This document shows, one piece after another, positions 38,502 through 50,761 of a stretch of 64,000 nt of DNA (positions are counted from its first letter, which is position 1; each line of letters opens with the position of its first letter). This stretch comes from Dimorphilus gyrociliatus (lineage: Eukaryota > Animalia > Annelida). The position numbers were made by a program, and so were the translations under genes. The notes below the pieces were generated by a model that worked only from the letters and a program-made list of their open reading frames with translations, searched no databases and was not told where the DNA came from. The stretch is from positions 62,001 through 126,000 of the forward strand of contig CAJFCJ010000042.1 in assembly GCA_904063045.1 (NCBI GenBank), given 5' to 3'.

Positions 38502-41336
38502 GAGTATGGGAGAAAACAGCCTTGGGAGAAAATGGCCTGGGAGAAAACAGCCCAGGTTTGGGAGAAAACGGCCCAAGTTTGGGAGAAAATGGCCTAGGTA
38601 CTCTTTTTAAGTAAATATAAAATGTAAGCATAATTTTCAATCCAAGTATGTATTTCCTTTAAATAATGTTGCATAAAAAGAAGTTTACTGAATGTCTAAA
38701 AAAATATTCTACCTTCATCTTTGTACATAACATAAGATAAAACAACTAAAAATAGAAAAGTTACTAATCAGTATATGTTGTTGCAGATTTTTCCAAAAGC
38801 TGTAATGTTGTTATCTCTCCTAGTTTATATTCCTTCCAGATATTGAATATTTTGTTCTGAACTATTAAGAAGCTCTTCTTTTGATACTTGTTCATTTTCC
38901 TCTCAGACATCAACTTTTGTACAACTGGAACTAGAGCTGCCTCATGTTTCAGGGTATCTATTAATTTATAAAAAGAGCCCTTAGAAGCTGTCTTTTCATT
39001 CATTCTTCTATGCCATCCCTCCACATCATTATTTGTATGAATAGCCAAACCAAAAATAGACCAATTTTCTGGTTTCCAAGTTGAGTTTATTATCCAATTT
39101 TTTTCAACATAATTATATAAATCCAAATATATATTTTCTCTATTGCTTCATTTCTCAACATTGAGAATGTATGAGGAATAACATCAAAAGGAAGAAAGGG
39201 TAAGGCCAATAAATGTGTTAGTAGTTTCCTATTTGGCATATTGTCATTATAGTCCAAAGAATACCCAAGCATCTAAAACAGAAATTTGTACAGAAAATAT
39301 TTTTTTTTTAACAATTCTACTAATAATACTTTAATTTGACAAAAAACTGCTTGTGTCCAATGAAAAACATACCCTTGAATGAAAACTTGAGGGAATACAG
39401 TATCTAGAGCTGTCCACAATCCCATTTCAAAATCAAAACAAATTTCTTTGGTGTCCATCCATTCATTAGACTTTGAATTTCCTGTTGAAAAATATTATAA
39501 AGTTTTATGAAGTTTTTTATTTAAAAAAGGTGTACCTTAAATACAATCTTATATGCTTTCTTTTTCTTTGATGTCATTAATACAAATGCTAAAGGCACTT
39601 GTTTCATTTCTGCTTCATATTTTAAAAATGAATGCAAAGAAAAAAGTTGAATGAATGGTGGTTTAACAATTTTAAATGTTCCATCCATGTAACATATCTT
39701 GCCTAAAAGTGCCAGTTGATGATTAGAAGCAAAAATTATAATTATGTGTTTGCCTACAGTTACATCTCTTTGCAGGAAATCATCTGGAATATTCACCTTA
39801 AATCAACATTTCAAGTTTTTATTTACAATAAATATTACTTCAGTCTCTTGGCTACTCTGGAAAGTATATGGAGAAGGTAAAAGACTGGAGGGACAATAGA
39901 AAGGTGATGGCTTTACCTTTTTTTGCCTGTAGATGTCATTGCTCCAACATTTTACAGATGAAAATCTCAACTGTTTTATATTAATAAATCCTCAACTTTT
40001 TATGGGTATGGTTTCACACAATCTCCGCAATAACTCTCCCTGATGACTTATTATCAGTTTCACAGATATCTCTCAAACTTTTCTTAGCTTTAATATTTGA
40101 GACTAAACTTTTTCATTTTTCATGAACATGAGGCTTTTCATCAGAAATGAAAATATTTCCTTTCTGTTTAATTATTAATGGACACTGAACTTTCTTATTT
40201 CTAATTGAACATCTCCACACTATTATACTGCCACTCTTCACCTTTTTATTGAAAGCAAAGCCATCATGAAGTAAAATATCATTTCCTTTTTGACTGCCTC
40301 CAATAATAAGTTCAAATGTCTTCTCTGATTCTGTTCGAATGATGCTGTCATTTATTTCAAAGGAATCCTCTTCAATATTATTTGCATGACTTCTGCATTC
40401 TTCAATATGACTAGAATTTGCTTTGTTATTATCAGTGTCTATTTCTTCACTTTCAATATCAATGTGAATGATTTCACTGATATTTTCTCTTTCAATGTCA
40501 GATGCTGCTCTGTCAAAAATTGTATTTTTGGAAGTTTGAGGAATTCTCTTTAGCTGAACAAAGCATTTTCTCAGAGAGATGATTGTACAATTTGTACATT
40601 TTCCCTCTTTGATATTTGAAAAATAATTATCACAAAAAGATAAAAAAAAGTCAAATGATTACCCAAAAGTATTTTATTGCAGCATTGACATTTCTCAACA
40701 ATTGATGTTTCTTGTTCAGAAGTTTTACAAGCTTTACATACATTATCAGCACCTAAAAATAGGAAAAAAAATATTCACTTGAAAATGTAACATGAATGAA
40801 TGAAGGTTTACCTTTTAAACATTTCTGATGAAGAGAATTTTTACAATTTGTACATTTTAATCTTTTTTGTCTTCCAAAAAATCTTCCTTCACAGTTTGAA
40901 CAAATCAATGGCATGTCAGTTATCTTCTAATAATAGGTATTAAAGTCTAAGATTAGACAGTTGAAGTTTAAGTTATGGAAAGAAATATAATTTTGAAATT
41001 TGGATAAAGAAATAAAAATTTTAATGACATTAATAGCAAATTATTAATGATTCACATAAAGAAATGTTACCTGTAAAAGTTCGCTCTTCAATAAAATGAT
41101 ACAAAGATAATCTTTCAATTTTTCTATTATCCCCCTTAATTAAATAAACAGGAAATACTAATAACTTCCTGTGCATGGCTGCTCATATTATGTAATATCA
41201 GAGAAAATGGTAAATGGAGAAGATATGTAATGTTTGTAATAATCACAGGTTAATATATTTATGGGCCATTATCTCCCAAAAGTGGGCCATTTTCTCCCAG
41301 GCTGTTTTCTCCCAAGGCTGTTTTCACCCCAATCCC
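38502..41336 (-). mobile_element. MULE-D
   Basis: GGGAGAAAA(C/T)(A/G)GCC arrays at both ends and a perfect 9-bp TSD CTCTTTCTT (38493-38501, 41337-41345). The transposase is frameshifted (YMDGTFK, NDVEGWH). Confidence 0.95.
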
Positions 41337-41462
41337 CTCTTTCTTAATCTCTTCAGGGTCTCCACATACTGGATGGAGTTGACTGTTTCACCATAATCCA
41401 TGAATCCCAGAAAATGGTGCACATAAGTTTTTCTGCTGATTTAGCCATTTTTAGGTTTTTAT

Positions 41463-41719
41463 AGATGATAAGGCAGCATCTCCTCTATGCTATGCTTCCA
41501 AATGCTCATCTAAATATGGTTTTCATGGTATGATTGGCAGCTGCTTCCCTTGTCCTGAGGGTTGTGATTTGTGTAAAAAGAGGTCTAATTCTGATATTTG
41601 CTTAAAATGTAGTAAAGGTTATGGGGAAAAACTGAGTTCAACATTAGCTGGCACACCTTCAACAGTCTCTATAACTCAAGCTCCAATGTGTACCATTTCA
41701 AATTTTCCTAATTTTAGAT
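41463..41719 (+). repeat. Furin-like Cys-rich fragment, copy 3
   Basis: 257 bp nearly identical to copies 1 and 2. It shares ACAGTCTCT and ACTCAAGC variants with copy 2. Confidence 0.9.
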
Positions 41720-42965
41720 TTCAAAAATGATGCCACAATGCTTTTCTTGCAAAAAGACAATAAACAAGCAAAAAAAGAGAAAATACTCTCTTTTGTATAC
41801 ATACTAATCATTGGATTTGTCTACAAGGTATGTTAAAAATCATTTTTAATCAAATTTATATGTATCATATTATTTCTTGCAGACAATCTGTGTGCACTTT
41901 GTGTTTCAATTCAAAATTGCCAAGCAAAGATTGTGTTAAGAAGATGTGACAAAAAGGAATTTGAAGCTAAACAAATAGTTTCTGACAATGAAATGATTGA
42001 TTCTCTTATCACAAGTGATGAAATAGCTGATGAAAGCCATCCTCAAGAAGATTTGGAAGACCACAAGATTGGCACATATTTTTATACTGATATACCTATT
42101 GAGAAAGATATTACAGTTGTTTCACAAAGAGAAGGAAGTATCATTGAAGAAATTGCTGCAAATGTACAATCAAATGAGGACACAAACATGAATGTGTGAA
42201 CTTTAAGTGAAAACATGATAAATTAATAAATTAATATACATTTCTATTTTTAACAGATTGATGAAAGTTCATTTGAAGATGTAGAAGAGAGTATTTTGCT
42301 GACTGATGGATCTTTTGAAATATTTGAAAATGGAAGTCAAAAAGGAAAACATCTGCTTCTTCATAATGGATTTTCATATACAGTTAAACAAACAAGAAAA
42401 TGTAATTGAATTTGGAAATGTAGTGGCAAAAATAAAAAAGGAAAATGTCCTGGAAGTGTTAATGAAAATGGTGGTAACTTTACATTAGGCTCTAAACCTC
42501 ACAATCATTCACCAAAGAAAAATCTAAAGCAAATTACAAAAATGAAAGTGCAAATAAAAAAATTACAAATTGCAAGCAGGTTGTTAATTACCACAGAAGA
42601 AAAAACCAACCAAAAGAACCAGAATCCTTGACATTTTTACTTAATCACTCCTTTGTTGCTGATGGTTTCCTTCAATGTGATTTATTACATCAAAATGAAA
42701 GAGTGTTAATTTTTGCAACAGCAAAACAATTAAAACTATTATCGTCATCAAAGATTTGGTATATGGATGGCACCTTTAAAGTTGTCAATCAACCATTCAA
42801 GCAAATGTTTTCAATCCATAGTTTTTTGAAAAAAGATGGAGAAATAAAACAAGTTCCATTGCTTTTTGCTCTGCTTTCTTCCAAAAAGAGAGCAGCATAC
42901 TCACTTTTGTTCAAAGTATGTTTTCAAATGATATTGAATATATGTAAGATTAACCTTTTCCTTTT
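41720..42965 (+). pseudogene. MULE-E truncated transposase
   Basis: PHD exon MMPQCFSC, frameshifted FLYWCH, and IWYMDGTFKVVNQPFKQMFSIH. No TIRs seen. Confidence 0.8.
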
Positions 42966-43059
42966 TCAGTTTGAAACAAAATAAATTATTACAAATTAAC
43001 CATTCATTATCTTTTTCATTTCTTGTCTTTTTTTATGATTTCATAAGAAAAAAACATTT

Positions 43060-43912
43060 TCAAGTTGAATGAGTACTGTACTATGCAGATAGCACTGATA
43101 AAGATAAGCAGTAGTGACCCAGTTTCATGTAGGGCAGTGCATACACATTATGCAGCAATAAAACCTATTAAATTATATAAAGAATATTGCTATTTGCAAC
43201 CTAGCATTAATATTACAATTTATTAATCCATAAATTTATGATTTTCAACTAAAACTAGTTCAATTAATTATCAATTATGCTTCAATTCTAAGTATAGATT
43301 GTATTCACTATGTTATTCTTAACATGCATTAATCAGATATACTTCCTCCTTATATGCTGATGCTATATTTACCAACTCAATCAATTGAATGTCATTATTA
43401 AGGTAGAATATAAAAATGGTCAAATATACAATCTACATGTTTTCTTGATTGTTGGACTTGTCCTACTAAAATTGTTACATCTTATGCAACTCTCCAACCT
43501 TCAAAATTCAGCTATTATTTGGAAGAGGAAAACAATAAAAACATGACCATATTTAGAACTTTTCATTGTCTTAAAATGTTACTTTTGTTTTTATGAACAT
43601 TGAAATTTGTGAACTATCAACCCTTAAAAGAGTATATAAATCCTACTAAATTAACAGTTGATAGTTCAGTTTTCTAACTGTCAGCTAGTTGTTTAAACTA
43701 GCTTGTTTAGAACTAGAAGCTCATTTTACTCAATACATATTCTTTGGATGAAATACTGGTGTTTTGTTGATTCATTTCTACCGAAATTGCATTTGTTAGA
43801 CTATTTGTGGACAAACTTTAAAGGTTCTATTTGTTTGAGTACTTTGGCAAATTGGTAAATGATTGGAAAGGACGAACCAGAAATTCCTATAATTACAATA
43901 CAACAAAGTACA
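43060..43912 (+). repeat. R1 LTR, 5'-truncated
   Basis: About 850 bp colinear with the outer LTR at 59097-60989. Ends CAACAAAGTACA. Confidence 0.8.
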
Positions 43913-44129
43913 ATGTGGAAAAAGATGAAAAATCAACTCAGTGGACCAGTATATTAAACTGGCAAAAAGAGCAGAGGTATTTTTCAACAATGCAAGGAAA
44001 GAAGATGAAAAGGAATTCAAACAATTTAAAAGAAGATTTGAGAATAACCCAATTAATCCAAGCATAAATTTTACCCAAAATAGATCTTAATTGGTTTCAC
44101 TGATTTGTGATTTGTGATTTGTTTCTTGG

Positions 44130-44480
44130 CTTCAATATTTGAAGCATATATTTGAAATCAAGCTTTTTTTTCTTTTTTTATAAATATGGGCTTTTCATCA
44201 GGAATGAAGATTTCAATATCCATGATTTGATTATAATATTCTCTTCCATTTTCAAAAAATTTCTTTTTGGAAATTTAAGGATTGTTCTTAGCTGGACAAA
44301 ACATTGTCTTTGAGAAATGATTGTACAGTTTGAACACTTCATCTCTTTAATAATTGAAAAAGAATGATTATGAATGCAGGAAGATTTGGTATGGATGTGC
44401 AAGGAAATGAATCACAAGCTTTGGTTTTTGAGGCAAATAGTTAAAAGATGGCATTGATAGAACATGTTAATTCAGGGATG
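44130..44480 (-). pseudogene. MULE PHD-region fragment
   Basis: IKEMKCSNCTIISQRQCFVQLR is homologous to MULE-D IKEGKCTNCTIISLRKCFVQLK. Confidence 0.6.
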
Positions 44481-44822
44481 TAAAGGATTTTGAGATTTAT
44501 TCAGGGGTTAGAGCAAAAAGAACTATGTTTTCACTCAAGTAAAAAAAAGAATTGCATAATAGAATTTTCAATGATTTCTTCCATCTTTTAAAAAGAGTAC
44601 AAGATATATAATTATTTAAAATTGAAATAATGATCGGTACAGAGATAAATTTAAGAAAATTTGTAACTTTATTAAAAAATAATTGTATTTACATACTAAA
44701 TTCATTCAGCAATTCTTTACATTGAAATTTGATTATCTCCATGAGAACAAAAAAAAACATAAATGACTTTTAGAACTTTTTACAATATTCTAATATCAAA
44801 ATATTTCTAGAGACATAATGAT

Positions 44823-47330
44823 TTATTCTAATACACTCTGATAAATTATAATATCTAACTCTAATTTGTTGCATTGATAAAGGAATTGATTTTTTGTATT
44901 CCATTCATTATCTGTGATTTTCACATAATTACATAAAGATACCCAAGAATTTCTTCCATGTTTTGGAGCATAAATTGAAATGTGCTCATTTATATCTCTA
45001 CCTTTGATTAAAATATAAAAATAAAGTGGGTTTAATCTATTTTTTACCTGTGTCCCTGTATAGATCAACTTATTAATGAAGTTTTCAATACAATGTGATG
45101 GCACTGCAAAAGTGTTAAACAAAAATATTAGACTAATGAAACACATTAATATTTCTTTTTAGTATTCAACAAACCCTTTCCACTTATTATTGAAACTGCA
45201 AAAATATCAACTTCACTGATTCCTACATCATCTTGTGTGATTAGTTGTATATCCTATGTCAGCATAAATTCAAATTCTAAACAAACTGCATGCAAAAATA
45301 CAAAATTTCCAGATGTTGCTTTTTCACTAACATTGTTATGCAGGTAATTTGTTACTTTTACTAAAACTCCAGCTTTATAGGTTGGACCATTGAATACTAA
45401 GAGAAAAGAGAAATTACTGTTTTACAACTTTGGTTTTATTTTACATGCTTGAACTCTATTATTTTATGCAACTTATACATGAACATCTTTAAACCTATGC
45501 AAGAAAATGCTATAACATTGGCCAAACATAAGTCTGATTAGTCAGCTTGAAGGCTCATCTTTAATTACCAATAAAGGTTTGGCCAAGTTATAATTTAATT
45601 AACTTGCCCAGGGTGTGGCCAAGTTATAATTCAATTAACCTTCCTAAATGTTCAACCTTGTTACATCCTGTTACTAAACATAAATATGAACTACACATTT
45701 TGGCAACTGTAAAGTGATGATTGGATGTCAGAGGCAAACCTCAAAGTATATAAATCCTCACTATTCTCATTCTGCATGCAGCTTCCATCTGGACCCAAGG
45801 ACCTGGGAAGATAACCTGGAAACAACCTCTACTGGAACCATCCATCTACTCCTCAACATAGGAAGGCAGTTTGGTAAACCATCTGTATAAACACTGATAC
45901 TTCCCTCAAAATTCTCATTAATAAGAGTGCCACTGCAAGACAAAAACTTAGTATCCAAATTAGTATTTGATGCAAATTTATCTAAAAGTTTTAAAGAGAA
46001 TTCATTTTTTTCGCCCCTGCCAAAAATATGAGAACTATTAGTATTTCTATCACTTTTAATGAGTGTCAAAAGTGTGAAATTGTCATTGATAATTTCTTCT
46101 CCATATGCTTCAAATTCAATAATATTAAAATAGATATCATCATGAAGATAGATTATAGCAAATCTGCCAATAGGGAATGGTTGTTGACATTTCCACATTC
46201 TATATTCACCATCGTTAAACTCTACATTATTGATAAAGCACACTTTTGAATGAAAGAGTTGATCTTCTATAGAAAATACTGAATCGTTAGATACAATTCC
46301 TCTTATTGAAACTGTTCTAATTGAAACCGAAATAGAAATTCACAAAGAAATTACTTAATAATGCTCATAGATATTTACTTTGTAGGATGTATATTTACAA
46401 TATCCATTTCTATTTGCAATAGCCATTTTATGAATTATATAATTTCCAAGTAAGTCTACTCTGGCCCAGGGATATCTCTCTTCAACAGTATGGAACAAAT
46501 CATTAAAATCTCCATTTGTAAGCCTATGACCTGAAGTTTTCAATAAATCAATCGATAATGACCATACTGGTTTATTTAAGAGGATATTTGTATTTTTTTG
46601 AAAAGAAATTCTTAAAAAGTGTCCAAATATATGAATTTCTTGAAGCGAAATACTTTTATATTGGCTGTAATTACTATGAAAGACAACGAATTGCCCTTTT
46701 GCACCTCCTTTAGTGCATAAAATTGTATAGTATTCATCCAGATTTGGTGGAATAAGATTCTTTTTTCTACACAATTCAAAATTTATTGAGTCGTAGGGCA
46801 AAGCAGAATTTTCATTGGTCAATTCTATGTAAAAATTTTGAAATGTTGCCAAGAAAGTTAAACTTGGCTTATGTTCAGACCAAAAACATTATAGTAGCCT
46901 AAAAGATTAACTGCTAGCCAATAGTTACTTCCAAGATTGAATGATACATGATCAGTAATTTGTCCATTTGTTAATTCTGAGAGATTTTCTCCTGCCCATT
47001 TTGATAAAATTGGTTTTTTAAAAGCTAAATTTACTTTTGAAGTGGAAAATTCAATAAAATTGAATTAGTTCAATTGGAAATTTTTTTTTGTTTATCTTTA
47101 CCAGAAAATATCTCCACTTTGCAAAGGTGAAGGTTATCACTATTTAATTTTCCTTCAATTATTATTGCATTTCCACTTTGGCTAAAATTTCTACAATAGA
47201 CTTTTGCTATAGAATTCTTGTTTAATTGAATATCATTTGCGCATGGATTACTCGGTTCGTTTGAGTAGACTTTCAATGTTTGATTTACTGTATAAAACAA
47301 ACAAACAAACATGACAATTGAAAATTTTCA
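44823..47330 (-). pseudogene. Multi-domain F-type lectin (FTP/F5-8C-like) gene, disrupted
   Basis: NLAFKKP, NILLNKPV, FHTVEERYPWARVDL..IHKMAIANR, LHLCKVEIF, ISLQEIHIFG, FNIIEFEAYG. Frameshifts and an R2 LTR insertion are present. Confidence 0.7.
45421..45875 (+). repeat. R2 LTR partial copy inside the lectin gene
   Basis: Colinear and highly similar to 29043-29525. Confidence 0.8.
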
Positions 47331-47777
47331 TTTATATCATTTATCTTTGCATAAGAAACTCCAACACAATCGTATTGAGTAGTATTTAAACAGATATGAT
47401 AACATTCACCAATTGATTTAGTAGAAATTATACTATTACTCACAGTACTTGTATTTTTCATTCTTTTTAAAATTAAATTCTGACCTTTTGGGAGAAAATT
47501 TTCTTTTTATAATTATGTAATAAGAACAATACAAATTTATTAGCCCTACTATTAACACAGAAATCACCATTGTATTGGTGTGAAATGCCAATTAATTTCA
47601 ACATAGTCTACTGCAATTATCATTGAAAAAGAAAATATCAAAATCAATGCAATAGGCAACTTCAATTGACTATATACAAAGATCTCTATATTAGCCAATT
47701 AATTATTCACTCAAGTTTCCTTTTAAACCTTTCTAACCAGAATTGTTTTCTTCATCTTATAAATAATTTTTCTATCC

Positions 47778-48662
47778 TGTGCACATACATTTGTGAGCTC
47801 TATCCTACAGTAGATGAGTAGTATTGAACTAGTATTGCACTGTACTGATAGCACACATGCATATAGATAAGCAGGCTTGACCTACTTTTGTGTAAGGCAG
47901 TGCTTGTACAATGCGAGGCAATATATTTTCAAGCTAAATATTACAATTTATAACTGAACTTTAATATTACAACTTGATTCATATATAAACTTATGAATGG
48001 AATCTAAAATGACTTTAATGAATTGTTAATTATGTTTTAGCTGAAGTTTTAGATCTTATTGACTATTATGTAGTATTGTACATACAATACTGCTAATAAC
48101 ATATAATAACCAGATATGCTGCGTCCTTATATGCTGATGCTAAATTTATTTACCAGAGCAATTCATTACTATGATTATAAGGAATGTAGAATATAAAAAT
48201 TATCAAATATAGAATCTGCATATTTTCTTCATTGTTTGACTTGTCATATTGAAATTGTTTGAATCTTGTGCACCTCTCCAACCTTCAAAATTCAACTGTT
48301 ATTTAGAAGAAGAAAACAATAAAAGGATGACCACATTTTGAACTTTTCTTTGTCCTCAAATCTTTCTTTTGTTTTTGTGAACATTGAATTTAGTGAACTA
48401 TCAAAGGTTCATAGTTGAACTGGTTGCTTAAGCTGGATTGTTTAGAACTAGAAACTCATTTACTCAATACATATTCTTTATACGAAATACTGCCATTTTG
48501 TTGATTAATTTCTACCAAAAATACATTTATTAAGACTACTTGTGGACGAATTTGAAAGGTTTTATTTGGACCAGTACTTTGGTAAATTGATAAATGATTG
48601 GAAAGGACGAATACTGTTCTGAAGAAGCAGAAATTCCTACAATTACAATATAACAAAGTACA
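47778..48662 (+). mobile_element. R1 solo LTR, full length and diverged
   Basis: TGTGCACATAC...AAAGTACA. The TSD is degraded or absent (TATCC vs TGTTC). Confidence 0.7.
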
Positions 48663-48794
48663 TGTTCAAATTTTTTTGTTAAATTAGCTTTACAGTAAAA
48701 GTTTTGTAATGTCGAATATCAGAAGAATATTGTCAACATTTGAATTAATATATGATTATGAGTCATTAGTTTGTAAAAAAAAAATGAATGGATA

Positions 48795-49230
48795 TGTACT
48801 TTGTTGTATTGAGATTGTAGGAATATTTGTTTTGTGACAATAGTATAACCCTAAACAAGTAAGTTGAAACAACCAGTTAACGGTTAAAAAACTGAACTGA
48901 CAAGCTAGGGAAATGCATTTCCTTTTATACATTTCCGAAGCTTGGGTTCAAGTGGTCAAAGGATTACAAGGTTGAAATCTGACAGTCTCATAATTCTCAT
49001 GTAACAAAAATATGAAAGACTGTTATATCACACATATAAAATATAATCATAAGATTAGGACCACATGCCAAACATGTGCCACAGTAAACAGGCCTGCCTC
49101 ATCAGCATCTGGTGTTTGACCTGCATCTTTTCCATGTTCTTTGTTCCTTTGTTAATTCCCAAGTAGCCAACATCTGTTACAGTCAAAGAGTCTATTTCTT
49201 ATGAAATAGAGTTCTTTCTAAAGTACTAAA
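48795..49230 (-). repeat. R1b LTR variant, internally deleted
   Basis: Begins with the inverted R1 end TGTACTTTGTTGTATTG. The rest matches the reverse complement of 54780-55110. Confidence 0.65.
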
Positions 49231-49759
49231 GGCTAACACTAAGAAATAAAAGTCTTTCTAAAGTACCCTTATATCTAAAGTTTAACTATTGATATATCAT
49301 TATATCTAAGTGCACAGAACAAAACAATGTTTATTATACCATAGCAAATATTGCTGAAGAATTAATGACCAAGACAAAAACTATATTTAATGATCATGAA
49401 TATTCATAAAGCTTTTAGTGATAAATAGATAGTGGAAAAATGTTTAAAAATAGTTCTTCATCTTTATTTGAGCACATTCATGTTTTATTATCTATTGTCA
49501 TTATAATTTTGTCAAGTGTATAGAAGGGACAAATACGACCTAAATGACGCATATACTGAAAACCTTATATAGTCAGAAAAAAAACTCTACTTCCAATATT
49601 CTCAAAAAAGAGAAATGAGAATGAAGATTCTACTATTTTTACTTTTCTTAGAGAAAGTACAAGGTCTGTAAATAGTAACATAACCAATTTCTTTATATTA
49701 AAGAACTAATACAAAAAAAGATTGCCCGTATGAAATCTCTACAAATAAAGCAATGGTTG

Positions 49760-50400
49760 ACAGTGAATTGTTAAAATATAGACTCTATACGCTTAGATAT
49801 AAATTGACTCCTGATTGTATGGAAATTTGTAATTATATTACAAATTGCAAGTAAGTTCTTATTCATTTTTTTTACATGAAATGTGTATTGAACTCTCTGA
49901 TGTGTGTTCTATTTTCAACAGTTCAATTATTGTTTCAAAGAATCGGCAGGAATGCATTTTTTTAAATTTTAACGGGCCAATGACTGCTTTATCAACTGAT
50001 AATTCAAAAGATTTGTATACAAAAGTGGGGATTTGCAGTAAGTTTAAAAATTTATCTTTTTCCTCTCTCTCTCTATTAAAAGTACTTGAAATTTTTAGAA
50101 TGTGAATACGAAAAAAACGAACAAAAGCAAATTCTTGGAGGTTCAATATACAGCAGGACTACAGAATCATTAGAAGAATGTTTTGAATATTGCAATGGTG
50201 AATGGAACTGCATGTATAATTCTTGATATATATTAATATTTTAACAATACTTTGATAAAGAAAAATTACAAATCTCCTAAACAGATCTGTTGATTATAAA
50301 TCTTCAACCAAATACTGTCAGTTAAAGTCCTCTAATTCTGTCATATACAGTTCCTCAATTGATCACTATTTTAGGAACAATATCTGCAGTAAGTAAAATA
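49760..50400 (+). pseudogene. PAN/Apple-like gene relic
   Basis: MCIELSDVCSIF and TESLEECFEYCNGEWNC..YCQLK, with broken frames. Confidence 0.45.
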
Positions 50401-50761
50401 TGACAGTACAATTAAATATTTCATCTATATTCCTTCAAAAAACAACAACATTGACAAACAAACACTAACAGATTGATAGTTTAAAAAACAAATGACAATT
50501 CTAGGCCTAATCTACGTGCTTATAGAAATTTCATTTGTATTAAGTTATGAATGAGAATTCTCATGTAAATGTTTTTTTATTTTTGGCATTCAATATACAA
50601 CTGTTTGTCAAATATTGTCAGGTTTATTTGTCATCAAACAATCTATGAAAAACTTTAAACAACTCTAAAATTTTTACATTTACATTCATTGAATGTGTTG
50701 GAATGGTTAAATACGCAACTCTCAAACATGATAACTAGACTTTTGTTTATGTATTGATTAT

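Larger units (their letters stand above)
35489..41455 (-). mobile_element. Mariner (D34D) transposase relic split into three pieces by MULE-C and MULE-D
   Basis: Removing both inserts joins KLMCTIFWD..GETVNSIQYVETLKRLRKRL (41346-41455), IILQHDNARPHT..GWSIC (38382-38501) and PHPPYSPDLAPSDCYLF (35489-35709). There are 34 residues between the catalytic aspartates. Confidence 0.92.
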
